NCBI GenBank assembly: GCA_964492825.1
Contig: CAZBLP010000001.1
Coordinates: 11,054 to 75,053 of the forward strand
DNA: 64,000 bases
Direction: 5' to 3'
Origin: an uncultured bacterium
GTDB lineage: Bacteria; DYJV01
Below are positions 62,719-64,000 of the stretch, in pieces (positions within the stretch are counted from its first letter, which is position 1; every line of letters starts with the position of its first letter). The notes under the pieces were generated by a model. The model had not been told where the DNA came from. It was given only the letters and a program-made list of their open reading frames with translations, and did no database searches. Both the position numbers and the translations under genes were made by a program.

Positions 62719-64000
62719 TTAACTGTTATCTTCTTTAAGTTCTTTAAGGGTAACACCTAATTGTTTAAATCTCAATTCTATTTTTCTTATGCTGATATTT
62801 AAGATTTCAGCAGTTTTCTTTTTATTGAAATTATTAGCTTTTAATGTTTCCATAATTATTCTGTTTTCAGCTTCTTTTAAAGTAGTATTAAAAGGAATAA
62901 AAATACCATTTTGTTTGTCCTCGGATATTACACTAATTTTTGAAATGGTTAAATCATCAGAATCTATTAGATTCCCTGATGTTAAAATAACAGCTCTTTC
63001 AATTATATGTTTTAACTCCCTAATATTTCCAGGAAATTCATAACTTAAGAGAATATTAATTGCTGACTGACTTAAACCTGAAATTTTTTTATTATATTTT
63101 TTGCTGAAATTTTTAATAAATATTGCAGAAAGTGGTAATATATCTTCTTTACGGTTTCTTAAAGGTGGTATGTTGATTTTAAAAACATTAAGTCTGAAAT
63201 ATAGGTCTTTTCTGAATTTACCTTCAGATACAAGATGTTCAAGATTTTTGTTAGTAGCAGCAATTATTCTTACATCAGTTTTATAACTTTTTTCACTGCC
63301 TATTTTTTCAACAATGCCATCTTCTAAAATTCGTAATAATTTTGATTGGATTTCATAATCCATTTCTGAGATTTCATCTAAAAAAATAGTCCCTTTATCA
63401 GCTAAAATAAATTTCCCCCTTCTTGAACGGATTGCTCCTGTAAAAGCACCTTTTTCAAAACCAAAAAGTTCTGATTCAAGAAGTTCTTTTGGCAAAGCAG
63501 CACAATTAACAGGTAAAAAAGGTTTATTTGCTCTAAAACTATTTTTGTGTAAAAATCTTGATATAACTTCTTTTCCTGTGCCGGTTTCTCCAACTAAAAG
63601 TACTGTAGAATCAGATTTGGCAATTTTTTGTGATAAGTTTATTACTTTTTTCATGTTTTCTGATTCAGCAATTATTTCAATATAGTGGTTTGGGTCTGAA
63701 CTAATAATATTTTGTAATTTTCTATATTCTGAAATATTTAAAATTTGAGTCTTTAATTCTTCGTAATTAATAGGTTTTAAAATATAGTGAGAAGCACCTT
63801 TTTTAATGGCATTTACTGCAATGGATATGTCTCCAAATGCAGTTATTAAAATAACATCTATGCTGCTGTTAAAATTTTTAATTTCTTCAAGAAGCTCCAT
63901 ACCTGTTAAATGAGGCATTTTTATATCTGAGATAACCAGATCCACATTATTATTTTTAATGAAATTAAGAGCTTTTAAAGGGTCTGAAAAAGGAGTTACA
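62719..64000 (-). CDS. Sigma-54-dependent response regulator (NtrC family), N-terminal receiver partly outside window
   Basis: Receiver domain (DLVISDIKMPHLTGMELL), AAA+ sigma-54 interaction domain with GETGTGKE and the GAFTGA motif (EKGAFTGA), and a C-terminal HTH. The ORF continues beyond nt 64000. Confidence 0.85.
   Translation of the reverse strand, partial: VTPFSDPLKALNFIKNNNVDLVISDIKMPHLTGMELLEEIKNFNSSIDVILITAFGDISIAVNAIKKGASHYILKPINYEELKTQILNISEYRKLQNIISSDPNHYIEIIAESENMKKVINLSQKIAKSDSTVLLVGETGTGKEVISRFLHKNSFRANKPFLPVNCAALPKELLESELFGFEKGAFTGAIRSRRGKFILADKGTIFLDEISEMDYEIQSKLLRILEDGIVEKIGSEKSYKTDVRIIAATNKNLEHLVSEGKFRKDLYFRLNVFKINIPPLRNRKEDILPLSAIFIKNFSKKYNKKISGLSQSAINILLSYEFPGNIRELKHIIERAVILTSGNLIDSDDLTISKISVISEDKQNGIFIPFNTTLKEAENRIIMETLKANNFNKKKTAEILNISIRKIELRFKQLGVTLKELKEDNS

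Overview
AT-rich (about 30% GC) bacterial chromosomal segment, densely coded on both strands, with many translationally coupled gene pairs. Gene content points to an anaerobic diderm bacterium: LptE-like lipoprotein plus holA, sigma-54/NtrC-type regulation, a Bat aerotolerance operon, Ni-CODH (cooS), a PFOR paralog, an iron-sulfur flavoprotein and an archaeal-type LeuC. Most of the window is housekeeping: ligA, aspartate aminotransferase, glyQ/glyS, ndk, purE, ppdK, argB, hslVU, argS, pcm, ridA, dgt, tatD, PMM/PGM and amt. I found one tRNA-Val(GAC) and no rRNA, CRISPR array or obvious mobile element. The most unusual item is a five-gene operon (21372..27448) that opens with an HMGL/LeuA-type alkylmalate synthase fused to a C-terminal Cache-like sensor domain. 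It is followed by a LeuC-type dehydratase large subunit with no LeuD, a hotdog thioesterase, a eukaryote-like Ste24 CAAX-type protease and an M23 peptidase. Other points worth a second look are: an array of TTGTATACAA palindromes bracketing the promoter of a divergent 1249-aa PFOR paralog; a cooS, FAD/NAD oxidoreductase, cooF cluster (the first ORF looks like Hcp at first glance but carries CODH cluster motifs); an acetyl-CoA hydrolase/transferase-GNAT fusion next to a three-subunit xanthine-dehydrogenase-family molybdoenzyme; a near-consensus sigma-54 promoter in front of amt; several small unannotated Cys-rich/zinc-ribbon ORFs; and a poly-A/non-canonical-start ambiguity at the DUF58 junction of the Bat operon. 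All calls are from reading sequence and motifs only; no database searches were possible. Coordinates I derived by hand (not from the ORF track) may be off by 1-2 nt.
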